DNA of 64,000 nt from Mobula hypostoma (taxonomy: Eukaryota): the NCBI RefSeq assembly GCF_963921235.1, contig NC_086097.1:192946001-193010000 (forward strand). The letters are read 5' to 3'. The notes under the pieces are model-generated. The model had not been told where the DNA came from. It saw only the letters and a list, made by a program, of their open reading frames with translations, and made no database searches. Made by a program: the position numbers and the translations under genes. Of the stretch, positions 1 to 12,314 are shown piece by piece (the first letter of the stretch is position 1; every line of letters starts with the position of its first letter).

Positions 1-1840
1 CAAGGAAAGAAACCTAGAATTTGATATAACACCTTACAGTTAGGGAAGGAAGGAGGAGGTATGGTACTTCCTTGGTTGAGAAATTATTTTTATGCTTCAC
101 AGATAACTCCTCTGTTATATTGGTGTAATAGGGAATATAAGGCTAGATGGAAGGAAATAGAATTTGGATTGGTTGACAGTTTTCCTCTACAGGCCTCAAT
201 AGCAGACAAAGGATTGATGGCCCAATTGGAAAAGTTTAAAAACAGCTGGGTAAATCTTACATTAAAAATATGGCAGAAGGTGGTTAATTCATGTGGAATC
301 AATAACATGTTAAAACTTTTCAGATGGTGTGCATATTATACCGAATTCCTTCCCAAAAGAGGAGATAAGAGATTTGAAATATGGATAAAGAAAGGTCTTA
401 CAACCTACCTCTCATTTATACATAAAAGAGTATTACAAAGTTTCCAATCCCTGCAGGACAAACATGGCCTAGAACACAATGATTTTTTTAGGCACCTTCA
501 AGTACGACACTATGTTAATCAGAGTTGTAGATATACAGACTTATCAACAGTAGAATTAGAATTTTTCAAGATTCTGAATTCAGCTTACAGTACAATACCA
601 AGTAAATCAGTTTCTCGATTATATAATGCACTCTCCCATGCTAAAAATGTAAACACGTTGTATATTAAAGAGAGGGGGGAGAAAGAAGCGGGGTTGGTAC
701 TTTCAGAGGAGGCTTGGGGGAATATATGCAGCTTTCAGTGGTCTTCGACTAAATCTTTGACTTGGAGAGAACATTGTTGGAAAAATATTATAAGATACTT
801 CAAGACCCCATATCAGGAAAAATATAAAGACACAAACGTGATGTGTTGGAGAAGGTGTGGTTCCAAGGAGGCAAATCATTTCCATACTTTCTGGGATTGC
901 CCTAAATTAAGTTTATACTGGAAAGGTATTCATAGAACATTAGTTAAGGTATTTAAAACCCAGATACCTCTGAACTTTGAGACGCTCTATTTGGGGCATG
1001 TATTGTTTCTTGAACAGAAGAAAGATATAAAGTTGCTGCAGGCCCTTTTAGCGGCAAGTAAGAAATCAATCACTAGAAAGTGGCTAAATCCGGTACCACC
1101 TACATTAAAAGATTGGCACGAAATTATCTAGGAAATATTTAAAATGGAAAAGATGACTTACTCTCTGAGAATTCAAAAAGAAAAATTTTATCAAATTTGG
1201 AATAAATGGATTCAATATATAACCCCAAAGCGAGCAGACTTTAGATGACTCTCCTAATGATTTATACTGCTCTTCTCATCAACCCAGTAATATTGCTAAC
1301 GTAAGCACTCCTGGTCTAAATGTTTCCCGTTTTTGTTTTCTTTTCTTTTTTTTTGGAAAATGGAGAATTAACACAAGTAAAGGAAAAGATTTGGGAAAGG
1401 GATAAAAAATGATAAAATTAAGTAAATAAGTACATAGGGATTGGATAATTATGTTTGGGGGTAGGAGCAAACATGAGCAAGTTAGGATATAAACACCTAC
1501 AATGGTAGTTACATAGGCTTACATACAACCTTTTGGACCAGAAGAAATGGTCCAGAAGAGATATGTGGAAATTATTATTAATCCACTATTATCACTATTT
1601 TTCTTAACAACTAATATCATTATTTAGCCTAATAGAATAGAATTTCAACTGTGCATAATTATCTATTTAAGTGTCTAATTTCTTTTTATATCATCTTAGG
1701 ATGATGTGTACTTAGGATTGTATAAATAATTATAGTATATACATATATAAAAAAAATGGAAAAGGTTATACATGTGAAAAAGTTCATGATACTTGTGAAT
1801 TCCGTATCCAAATAAAAATTAAAAATTTTAAAAATGAAAA
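1..1840 (+). mobile_element. L1/Tx1-clade LINE, 3' portion (ORF2 C-terminus, 3'UTR, A-rich tail); runs off the window start
   Basis: ORF 61-1131 has an L1-type C-terminal zinc knuckle (CWRRCGSKEANHFHTFWDCPKL) and an LAASKKSITRKW motif. The frame continues past TAG 1129-1131 to about 1248. AATAAA and an A-rich tail lie at 1810-1840. Confidence 0.9.
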
Positions 1841-3110
1841 GACAGGCAGGTAGGTGGGATGTTGGGGGGGGGGCACTGAAGGGAAAAAATGAAATTAGGT
1901 CCTTGGAAAGAGATGACATGGGGTCAGAAGGTGTAGAATCCTTGTGAGTAGTGTTACAAAACTGCAAGATTAAAAGGATCCTGATGGGAGTTATATACAG
2001 GCCTCCTATCAGATGTGGGCTACAAATTACAATGGGACACAGAAAAGATATGTAAAAAAGAAGATTGGCTGACTGGCTGGAAGCAAAGAATGGAGATAAA
2101 GGGCCTTTTTTTAGTTGGCTGCAATTGTGTTTGCGGTGTGCCACAGGGGTGAGTGTTCGGATCGCTTTTTTTCACATTGTATGTCAGTGATTTGGATGAT
2201 TTGTGGCCAGGTTTGTGGACGATATGAAGATGACTGGAGGGACAGATAGTGTTGAGGAAGCAGGGTGTCTGCAGAAGAATGTAGAATTATTGCAGGGAAT
2301 AGGCAAAGAAGTGGCAGATGGAATATAATGTAGGGAAGTACATGATCATTCACTTTGACAGAAGGAATAAAGACATGGACTATTTTCTAACCAGGAAGAG
2401 AATTCAAAAATAAGGGGTGCAGAGGGACTTGGGAGTCCTTGGGAAGGATTTCCTAAAGGTTAACTTGCAGGTTGCGTCGGTGGTAAGGAAGGCAAATGCA
2501 ATGTTAGCATTCATTTTGAGAGGACTAGAATGCAAAAGCAAGGATGTAATTCTGGTACTTTACAAGCCATTGGTCAGACCTCACTTGGAGTGTTCTGGGC
2601 CCCTTATCTAAGAAAATATGTGCTGGCATTGGAGAAGGTCTAGAGGAGGTTCACAAGAATGATCCCAGGAATGAAAGGGTTGACATATGAGGAGCATTTG
2701 TTAGCTCTGGGCCTGTACTTACGGGAGTTTAGAAGAATGAGGGGGGAATCTCCTTGAAGTCGATTGAATATTGAAAGGTCTGGATAAAGTGGATGCTGAG
2801 AGGATGTTTCCTGTTGTGGGGAGTCTAGGATCAGAACTGGGATACGTCCATTTAGAACTGAGATAAGGAAAATTTTCTCTGGCCACAGAGTGGTGAATCT
2901 GTGAAATTCATTGCCACAGATGGTTGTGCAGGTTGAGTCATTGGCTATATTTATAGAAGAGGTTGATATTTTCTTGATTAATCAGGGAGTCACAGGTTCA
3001 CCAATCAGGGGAGAAGGCAGGAGAATGGGGTTAAGACGGTTAATAAATCAACCATGATAGAATAGTGGAGCAGACTCAATGGCCCAAATAGCCTAATGTC
3101 TTATCATCTA
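1841..3110 (+). mobile_element. CR1 LINE, internally deleted and decayed
   Basis: An endonuclease remnant at 1841-2050 is joined to the RT C-terminus (QRDLGV...KANAMLAFI...LYKPLVRPHLE) and a CR1 3' end. Confidence 0.85.
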
Positions 3111-4004
3111 TTTTCTAAAAAAAGTTAAGTATAGAAGTGTAAAGAAATAAAAGAATCCTTGAATTCCGGAATGCATATCCATTGATCCCTGAAGGCAGAT
3201 AAGTTGATTAAGAGGACATATATTCTACTAGATCATTAGCTAAAGCAATGAATACAAGAACAGGGAGGTCATGCTAGAATTGTGTAAAAGATCAAGCCAT
3301 CACCAGAGCACTGAACTCAGTCAGAGAACAAGAAAAATGAGATTGCATTCAAGAAGACACAAAAGAAGTTTTTAAGAATTATGCCAGGGTTGGAAGATAG
3401 TAATTAAGAGGAAGACTGATCATGCTGTGTTGTTTTCTTTGGAACAAATACAGAGGGAAGTTTAATTGTAGTCTACAAACACGTTCAGGATGAACAGAAA
3501 GGGCCTATTACTCTTGCATGAGGATAATAACTAATGGACATAGATTAAGATAACATTCACCCAAGAGTAGTGTGGGCCGGAACTAACTGCCTGAAAGCGT
3601 TAACCATTATTACATCTAGAAAAATCATTGAGCATTTGAAATGTCATAATTTATGGACTGAAAATGAGGAATATGGAGATTATTCCATCATTTTCCTTGA
3701 AAGCATAGCCATGGGATCTCTGAGTGTGCAAACAAGACTTCAGTTTAACAACTTGTCCAATGTACAGTGCTTCTAGAAGAACAATTATCTTAGATTTCTG
3801 TGCACTTGCCTCTGGACTCTGACTTATACCTACTGATTTTAGATTCAGGTGCCAGAGCTCCACCAATGAAACCAGAGTTGACATGTTACTACAACATTCT
3901 TTGTATTTTTTCTCTCTAATAAATTGCATCAAAAGATTGAGTGATTGGATAAAAACTGTTTCCCTCACCGGTGAACTTCAAGATTAGTGTGGTCGTCTAT
4001 ACAT

Positions 4005-6275
4005 GGAGTCAAATGAGACTGGGGAATGTTAGATGGATTTTTTTGCATCTGTATTTACTTGGGAGACAGACATTGAGTCTATAAAACTGGGGCAAAACAG
4101 CAATGAGGTCATGAAGATTACAGAAGAGGAGATGCTTGTTATATTGCAGCAAATTAGGTGGATGTGTTCCCAGGGCCTGACAAGCTTGCACCTCGTGGGA
4201 GGTGAGTGCAGACATTGCAGGGGCTCTGGAAGAGTTATTTAAAATATCCTTAGCAATGGGTGAGATACCAAAGGACTGGAAGATAACTAATATTGTTTCG
4301 TGTTCAAGAGGGCTTTAAGGCTATGGTGATCTGGGAAATTATAGGCTGGTGAGTCTAACAACAGTAGTGGGTAAATTACTGAAAGCTTTTCTGAGGGACA
4401 AAATATGTAAGTATTCTGATAGGGTGGGCCAGATTAGGGTTAGACAACATGGCTTTCTACATAGTAGCTTATGTCTAACCAATCTTATAGAGATTTTCAA
4501 AGAGGTTACCAGGAAATTTTATGAAGGAAAGGAGGTGGATGTTGTCTACCTAGACTTTGTTGTTGTTCGTCCATCGTACGTCGATGAGGACCTCGACACC
4601 ATTATGATGGTATCGAGACTAGCGCGTGACTTGGATTTAAGTGAGGGAGAGTTGCGCAGCGTCAGCCTCACTCTCTCTTCCCAATTCCCATCTGGATCCA
4701 GTGGCAAGACAGAGTCAAGACGGCTGGAAATGGGACTAGGCGCAGTGGATGACTAGGACGCCTTCTGTGTCTTGTCCTGCTCTACACGTTCCACGACGCT
4801 TGCAGAGACCGCCTTCTTGACCATTGGACCTTCCATTGGCCTCGTCCGCTCAATCCTCCGGAGTCTGTCTTCGCATGCTGGGATAGACAACTCCCTATCT
4901 CACCGAGGGTTTGAGACCCGTCGGCTACCCTCACCTGGTTTAGCCGGCTTGTCGAAGCCGTTGCCCGGGGTGTGGCTGCTGTCGCATGCAAACAGCTACG
5001 GGGAGCCACAGGTGAGAGCTGAGTGCCAGGTGGGGACCAAAGGTGGACTAACCGCCTTAAAAAGGATGCGACATGTTACCCCACCTGAGGTGCTACCCCT
5101 CCCTGACACCCCATACACCCCATACACCCCATACACTTAGACTTTAGCAAGGTCCCATATGGCAGGTTAGTCAAGAAGGTTCAGTCACTTGGCATTCAGG
5201 ATGAAGTAGTAAATTGGTTTCAATTTTGGCTTCATTGGAGAAGCCAGAGAGCAGTAGTAGATGGCTGCCTTTCTGACTGGAGGCCTGTGACTGGGTGATC
5301 CATAGGGATTTGTGCTGGGTCCATCATTTTTTGTCATCTATATCAATGATCTGCATGATAATGTGGTGAACTACATCAGTAGATCCATGGATGACACCAA
5401 GGTTGGGGGCATAGTGAACAGAGGGAAGGCTATCAAAGCTTGCAGTGGGATTTGAACCGGCTGTAAAAATGGCAGATGGAATTTAATGCAGACAAGTGTG
5501 AGGTGTGGCACTTTGGGAGGACAAACCAGATTGGGACTTACACAATGAGCAATATGACACAAAGGAGTGTGGTAGAACAGAGGGTATCTGGAGACACAGA
5601 TCCATAATCCTTGAAAGTGGTGTCACCAATAAGTAGGGTTGTAAAGAGAGATTTTAGCACATTGGTTTTCATAAATCAAAGTTCTGAGTTCAAGAGTTGG
5701 TAATGTTGTAGTTGTATAAGACTTTAGTGAGGACAAATTTAGAGTATTGTAGCTGTTCAAGTCACCTACCTACAGGAAAGATGAGAATAAGATTGAAAGA
5801 GTACAGAGAAAATTTACAAGGTTATTCTCTGGACTTGAGGACCTGAGTTATAGGGCAAGGTTGTACAGGTTCGGACGGTGTTATCTCACGTATAGGAGAA
5901 TGGGGGGAGGGGTGGGATTTGATAGAGGTATACAATATTAAGAGAGTTTAGATAGGTTAATGCAAGCAGTTTTTTTTTCCCACAGAGGTTGGATGAGATG
6001 AACTAGAGGTTAAAGATGAAAAGTGAAATATTTAAGGGAAACCTGAGTGGGAGATCCCTCTCTTAGAGGGTGGTGCAAGTGTGGAACAAGCAGCCAGTGG
6101 AAGTGGTGGATGCGGTTTTGATTGCAACATTTAAGATGTGTTTGGATAGGAATATGGATGGGAGGCCTATGGTCCACGTACGGCTCAATGGGACCAAGCA
6201 GAATAGCTGTCTGCTGCAGACTAAATGGGCCAAAGGACCTGTTCTGAGCTCCGCTGCTCTAATACACTATGACTC
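4005..6275 (+). mobile_element. CR1 LINE fragment (RT to 3' end), interrupted by a SINE at 4559-5137
   Basis: Motifs SLTTVVGKLL, QHGF...CLTNLIE and VDVVYLDF. Sequence resumes as DFSK after 5138, followed by DDTKVGG and a CR1 3' tail near 6270. Confidence 0.9.
4559..5137 (-). mobile_element. RTE-related non-autonomous retroposon (SINE), about 580 bp, apparently full length
   Basis: 8-bp TSD TAGACTTT at 4551-4558 and 5138-5145. The minus-strand 3' end GGTCCTCATCGACGTACGATGGACGAACAACAAC is RTE-like with an (AAC)n tail. (GTGTATGGG)x3 lies at the 5' end and the element is CpG-rich. Confidence 0.8.
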
Positions 6276-8366
6276 TAAGCGGAAATAGCTTCCAGAAATG
6301 GAAAGATGATGAAAGGGAGTGTTCTCAGGCAAGAAATTATAGTCACTGAAGTGTGCCAGGAAGCAATTTTCTTCCTTTACTTTAACAACTTTAACATGAA
6401 TGAATAATTCAGGTATCTCTAGCAAAGTGATTGTGACTATAATCTTTCATAGCAGAAGCCATAAATGCACCTCAGAACTGGCTAAGAATGGCATTACCCA
6501 CAGCTGTCAAAGAGTCATGGCCCATACCTTTAGTTATCCTGAAGCTTAAGTACAATTATGCATGAAAGAGACTCTCCATCCTCAGGAAAAACAATTCATC
6601 TTGTTCTTTCTTAATGGAGACAAGTAAAAAGGCAAACGTGAGTTTGCTTAGATAGTAAACCATCATAATTCAGGGTGTCCTTGAACTTGCACACATTTTC
6701 CTGTTTACACATCATATGATTTTGCCATGTTCATAAACCAAAAGAGTTTTCACTCCATCAATATGTTCCTGGTTTCTAACCACTGGAAGCACATCACACG
6801 GGAAAACACCCATTCTTCTGGCCATATCTACAATTCCTTTATACCTCAGATAGAATGTGTCTAATGAGTACTGGTCAACAAGGAATTTCTGCTGATGGCA
6901 TTGTTCATGAGTTAATTCTGGAACTAATGTTCAGGAAACCCACAATGAAAAAGGTGTCACCCAAAGAACAGTATGCAACAACATTCCTCAAGCAATGATC
7001 CACTGCCTGAGCTGTTCTGAAATAGCGTTGCTACATTCAGCAGGATGTGTTAAAATTTAATATATCAATTTACTGTATTCAAATGCAGGGAATATAGAAA
7101 TTAAGGAAATCAAATCTCAGTCTATTAAAATGCAACATTCCAAAGTCTACTCTAAAAAGTTTATTCTTTCACCATTCGCTGACATTAATTTTATCTTGTT
7201 TTTCTCTGACACGATAATCCTGACTGTTTAGATGTTCCCTTCTCTTTCTACAGTATAATTACTCCTGGTCTGCTGGAGTTGAATATCAGCTTTTGAAATA
7301 AGCTACGTCATTTCTTCAGTTATACAGATCAATAAGAGCTTATATGAAACTTATTTCAACTATGCGTATGTTAAGGGCATGTAATAATCATTCTGTCCTT
7401 GGGCAAAAGAGCAGAAAATTCAGTTAGTGTTGAGTCCAGTTCATTGTTCAGTGGTTCCTGTCAGAATATGGGATTTCAGGAGGATTATATCTGGCTCAGC
7501 CGCAATAACCCTCAATATCACAAAAGCCGTTGACAATTAATTCAGAAACTCATGCATGTGAATCAGTAACTGTTCCACATTAAAGGTTGTTATTACCAGG
7601 AGATCCTTTACATAATGCACAGCTATGACAGTTATGGGAAAGAGAAGGATATCATTTTTTATTGCACAGGATTTTCAGCTGTAGAAGCATACCTGCTGTT
7701 TATCGCCAAGGAACATCCCAATGGTAAATGATACTGTCATAAATCAATTTTAATTTAAAGATACCAAATGTGCAAGATTTCATCTGCAGAGAGATGCAAT
7801 TTATGTTGATCTAGGAGATAGAAAATATGATCAGAAATTATACTGATTCTCTTCCTTAAGGAATTTAACAACCAAGTATAGAATAAACAATATTTCTCAG
7901 ACATAAGTCTATGCGTCAGTAAGAAGTATATTGAAAATTCTTTGAATGTCCACAGAGGAATCTGAATCATTAGATATGTTAAAGTTGTCAGTTCATAGAC
8001 TTGCTATAATGCCAAAATTCACTTAGAGTTTATGAACCAATAATCAGCCATGTGTTTTTATAAATAACTTTTTAATAAATAACTTATCTAACATTCTTGA
8101 AAAATCACTTTATACTAGTAAACTGCTTCACTTAATTGGGAAATGAATGTTGAAGAAATAGGAAAGAATTTAATGGCAATGACATCACTCAGATTGTTGA
8201 TACCACAAGATATTGCAAAGAATTGTGAACACAGCCCAGTCCATCATGCAAACCAGTCTCCCCTCCATAGACTCTGTCTACACCTCCTGCTTTCTCACAA
8301 AAGCAGCCAGCATTATCAAGGACCCCTCCCATCCTGGTTATTCTTTCTTCTCACCTCTCTCAACAG

Positions 8367-9245
8367 TGTTACGTACCCCGTAACTGGGTTGCCAAACCAG
8401 CAGAAATGGATCACTCAGTTGGAGTCTGGAGTACTAGAACTAAGAAAGTTTTATTAAAGAAACAAGCAACACAGTAATCGAAAGGATAATAAATGCAACA
8501 ATTCAACAATGATAACCACACATGTGCACAGAATTAAGATAACAGCATCAATCAAGCTCTATCGTTGTCTAGGGGTAAATGACCAATTTCAAAATGACTC
8601 AAAGTTCAGTCCAGTTTGTAGTTCGGTTCGCAGTAATCGTTGCCATGGCGATGGACAAGGTGGGGGAAGAGAGACAGAATAGGAACAACTGATCATTCAG
8701 AACACTGCTTCACTCACAGACCAGCGGGATGGCTCACAGACCAGCGAGATGGCTCACAAACAGCTTTTGGGCAGGTCCTTGGTGATGTCACCTGAGGTCA
8801 CCGACTGTGACCCCTCCTCCAGATGCGGTCGATCCTCTGCAGTGAACCCGGCACCCAGGCAAGGGCGGACACACACCGGGTTCCCGCTGATCGTACCTTT
8901 CCACCCTTGTCGTTGTCCGGTACTTCTCACCCACTCATGAGAAGCGCACCGCTTCCAGGGTCTCGTTACCTCGGGTGGCGTGTGTGTCTGTCTTAGCGAA
9001 CCTGTCCCTTTTTATCCCCCTGCTGGGGTATCGCCTGTCCATCACTTCAAACAGTTCAGGGTTCAAAGGGGGGAGCCGCTCCAGACAGCTCTTCCTCCCA
9101 CATCCCTTCATTACACATCTCCAGACGCTGCTCCATTGTTCCTTATCTCTCCTTCCCCTGAGGGCAGGTGGCAGACCAACTGCTGATGCCACTGATGCTA
9201 GCCCAGGCCAGCAAACATCTTAATTTTATGTGTATTCTCGTAACA
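8367..9245 (-). mobile_element. Solo LTR (879 bp; Gypsy or ERV type)
   Basis: Perfect 7-bp terminal inverted repeats TGTTACG...CGTAACA and a 4-bp TSD ACAG (8363-8366, 9246-9249). The minus strand has a TATA-like GATAAAA near 9010 and AATAAA near 8452. An internal 20-bp tandem repeat lies at 8713-8763. Confidence 0.88.
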
Positions 9246-9317
9246 ACAGGCAAAAGATACAAAAGCTTGAGAGCATGTATGACATGAATGAAGGACCGTT
9301 TCAGTCCCACTGAAACA

Positions 9318-10428
9318 AAGTCAGAACAATACAGCACAGAAACAGGCCCTTTGGCCCCTCTAGTCTGTGCCAAACCATGAATCCCACTGTCCACTACCTT
9401 CCCAATCTTGACGTCATCCGCAAATTTGCTGATCCGGTTCACCTCCTTATCATCCAGACCATTGATATAGATAACAAACAACAATTGACCCAAAACCAAT
9501 CTCTGCAGCACACTAGTCACACACATCCAGTCAGAAAGGCAACCATCTGCTATCACTCTCTGGCTTCTCTAGCGAAGCCCATGTCTGATCCAATTTCTAC
9601 TTCATCTTGATTGCCAAATGACTGAATCTTCTTGATCACCCTCCCATGTGGGACCATGTAGAAAAGGCCTTGCTTAATTCCAGGTCGAAAACATCCAATG
9701 CCTTGCCTTCAGCAACTTTCCTGGTAACTTCATTGAAGAACTCTATAAGATTGGTTCGAACAAGCCACATTGACTATCCCTAATCAGTCCACATCTATCC
9801 AAATACTTATATATCCAGTCCCTTAGAATGCCTCCCAATAACATACCACTACTGATGTCAGGCTTACTGGCCTATGATTTCCTGGCTTATTCTTACAGCT
9901 TTCTTAAATGACAAAGCAACATTTGCTATCCTCCAATCTTCCAGCACCTCACCCGTGGCTAAGAACATTTAAATATCTCTTCTAGAGCCCCTGCAGTTTC
10001 TGCACTAACATCCCACAGGTTCCAAGGGAACAACGTGAAAGACCCTGGGGATTTATTCATTCTAATTTGCATCAAGAGAGCAAACGGCACCTCCTCCTCT
10101 ATAATTTGTATATGGGTCATAATTCACCACTGCTTTGTCTCACTTCTATAGATTCTGTGTCCATCACCTGAGTAAATACAGATGCAAAAAATCCATTCCA
10201 GATTGCTCCAATCTCTTCACCTCCATGCACAGATGGTCTCCACTCTGATCTTCCAGAGGACCAATTTTGTCACTTGCTCTCCTTTTGCTCTGAATATGTC
10301 TGTAGAAGTCCTTGGTATTCTCCTTCACCTTGTCTGCTAGAGCAAACTCATGCCTTCTTTTAGCCCCCCTTAAATGTTCTCCTGCATTTCTTATAGCCCT
10401 CAAACACCTCATTTGTTTCCTCCTGCCT
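9318..10428 (-). mobile_element. CR1 LINE fragment with internal deletions
   Basis: Minus-strand translations AKRRHEFALADKVKENTKDFYRHI and LFVIYINGLDD...ISKFADDVKIG; CR1 3' tail at 9320-9375. Confidence 0.85.
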
Positions 10429-10904
10429 CAATATTTCTCAAATTGTCATCAAATTCTTGAACAGGATTATCACATGTGGGAAGATACACTCGTCATTGTG
10501 TCCCCACTGCACTTTGTATGTATGTAACTGCAACACTATTTTCTTCATTTGACTTTCTTTAGCTACCCTGATGTAACTAGGTATAACATGATCTGTCTAA
10601 ATTGCATAAAAAATAAAGCTTTTCACTGTATCTTGGTTCATGTGGCAATCATAAACCAATCCAATTAATTAACAGTGAGTAATATATAAGCAATTGTACA
10701 AAAAACAAATCATTTATTTGTGTGTGGGATATTGGCATTTTTGATAAAGCTTCAATTGAATGAACTGAATGCTAATTTTCTTCAAGAAGTTAGTGATGGG
10801 TTACCCATAGAGGTATATAGGTCTTATGACAAAACTATTCTTAAGTGCTGCTGGACAGGGAGCTGCGGGAATATGCATGATGCAAACTAGCCTTATATGC
10901 AATT

Positions 10905-11475
10905 CGGAGTTGAATACACTTTCTATAGGTGTGCGATGGAAAATGTATTGACTGGCAGGCTTACAGCCTGGTATGGGAACACCAATGCTTTATAGTAATA
11001 AAGGTAATAGATTCAGCCCAGTACATCACAGGTAAAGACCACCTATATGAAATGTTGCCATAGAAAAGCAGCATCAATTATCAAAGATCCTCACCACCCA
11101 GGCCATGCCCTTTTCTTGCCTCTGTCATCAGGTAAAAGGTACAAGTGCCTCAGGATTTGCACCACCAGGTTCAAGAATAGTTACTACCCTCAACCATCAG
11201 GCTCTTGAACAAAAGGGGATAACTACACTCATTCTATTTCTGTTGTTCCCACCATTGATGGTCTCACTTTAAGGACTCTTTATCTTGTTATTTCATGCTC
11301 GCTTTATTTATTGGTATTTATGTATATCTGCATTTGTACAGTTTGTTTTTCATTGATCCTGTTTACATTTACTGTTCTATAGATTTGCTAAGTATGCCTG
11401 CTGGAAAAAGAATCTCAGGATTGTATGTGGTGACATGTATGTAATCTGATAATAAATTCTACTTTGAACTTTGAA
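10905..11475 (+). mobile_element. Rex1/Babar-like LINE 3' fragment
   Basis: FYRC..E..LTG..TAWYGN and KAASIIKDPHHPGHALF motifs; tail AATAAATTCTACTTTGAACTTTGAA. Confidence 0.8.
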
Positions 11476-12021
11476 TTCACAGTAGTCGTGTTGCCATTTC
11501 TGTACAAGGTGATAGACACCCTGGGCTTCATCTAAATTGTTACTGCAAGGCACATTGTAAATGCTACAACCACGGGCTAATCACAATTGCAAGTACCCAT
11601 TGTACCATTCACCTGAAATTTCTGATCTTCTAGTCGCCTTATCAGCAGCAGATTAGGTGGAACGCTGCAGAAAGAGTGCATGTTTGTGTCAATCCCTGGG
11701 ACTTTTCAGTCAAGATCACAGCATGAGTTCTGGAGAAACTGATGGAAGATTTCCCTTGGTGCATTCAACAGCCATCAGCTTTAAAGTTAAAGTCTGAATT
11801 TTCAATTCAGTTTAGGAAGATTTGTAAATAAAAGACTGTTGAATTATTCCAAAGAATGAACACTGCTATTTTCCAAGCAACACACACAAAATGCTGGCGG
11901 AACTCTACAGGTCAGGGAGCATCTATAGAAATGAATAAATCGTCTGCGTTTTGGTTTGAGACCCTTCATCAGGACTGAACAGGAAGGGGGAAGAAACCAG
12001 AATAAGAAAGCGGGTGGAAGA

Positions 12022-12220
12022 TGTGGTGATATCACGTGCAATGATGTGCCAGTACATGATGGGACAGAGCACTGAGCATGCACGGAATTGCAGAATGTTC
12101 CGGCACGTGGCTGGATTAAGACGTGTTTGTTTATTACTGTAAATAAAAGTTTTCTAATTCTTCCAAAATATGATTCTTTACTGTTAGTCCACGGTATGTT
12201 TAAACAGAAGTTACATAACA
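12022..12220 (+). repeat. 5' LTR of element A
   Basis: TGTGGTGAT...CATAACA with an internal AATAAA; about 94% identical by eye to 14109-14306. Confidence 0.95.
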
Positions 12221-12235
12221 TGGTGTCAGAAGTGG
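12221..12235 (+). promoter_or_regulatory. Primer-binding site (tRNA-Leu type)
   Basis: TGGTGTCAGAAGTGG lies immediately 3' of the LTR and is complementary to a tRNA-Leu 3' end (CCACTTCTGACACCA). Confidence 0.85.
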
Positions 12236-12314
12236 TTCTAGAAGAATAATACGGGAGAATCGAAGATAATCAGAAAAAAAAGAGAAGAAAAAAGTTCGAA
12301 CTGTAAACGGTAAA

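Larger units (their letters stand above)
8215..10665 (+). mobile_element. Rex1/Babar-like LINE 3' fragment split by a solo LTR and an antisense CR1
   Basis: KAASIIKDP.HP-type sequence at 8300-8366 resumes at 9246 (GGCAAAAGATACAAAAGC) and again at about 10440, ending in a typical 3' tail at 10600-10665. Confidence 0.7.

Noticed and set aside
4349..5140. ORFs 4349-4756 and 4772-5140 as novel proteins
   Set aside because: They are read-through from a CR1 RT frame into the GC-rich antisense strand of the inserted SINE.
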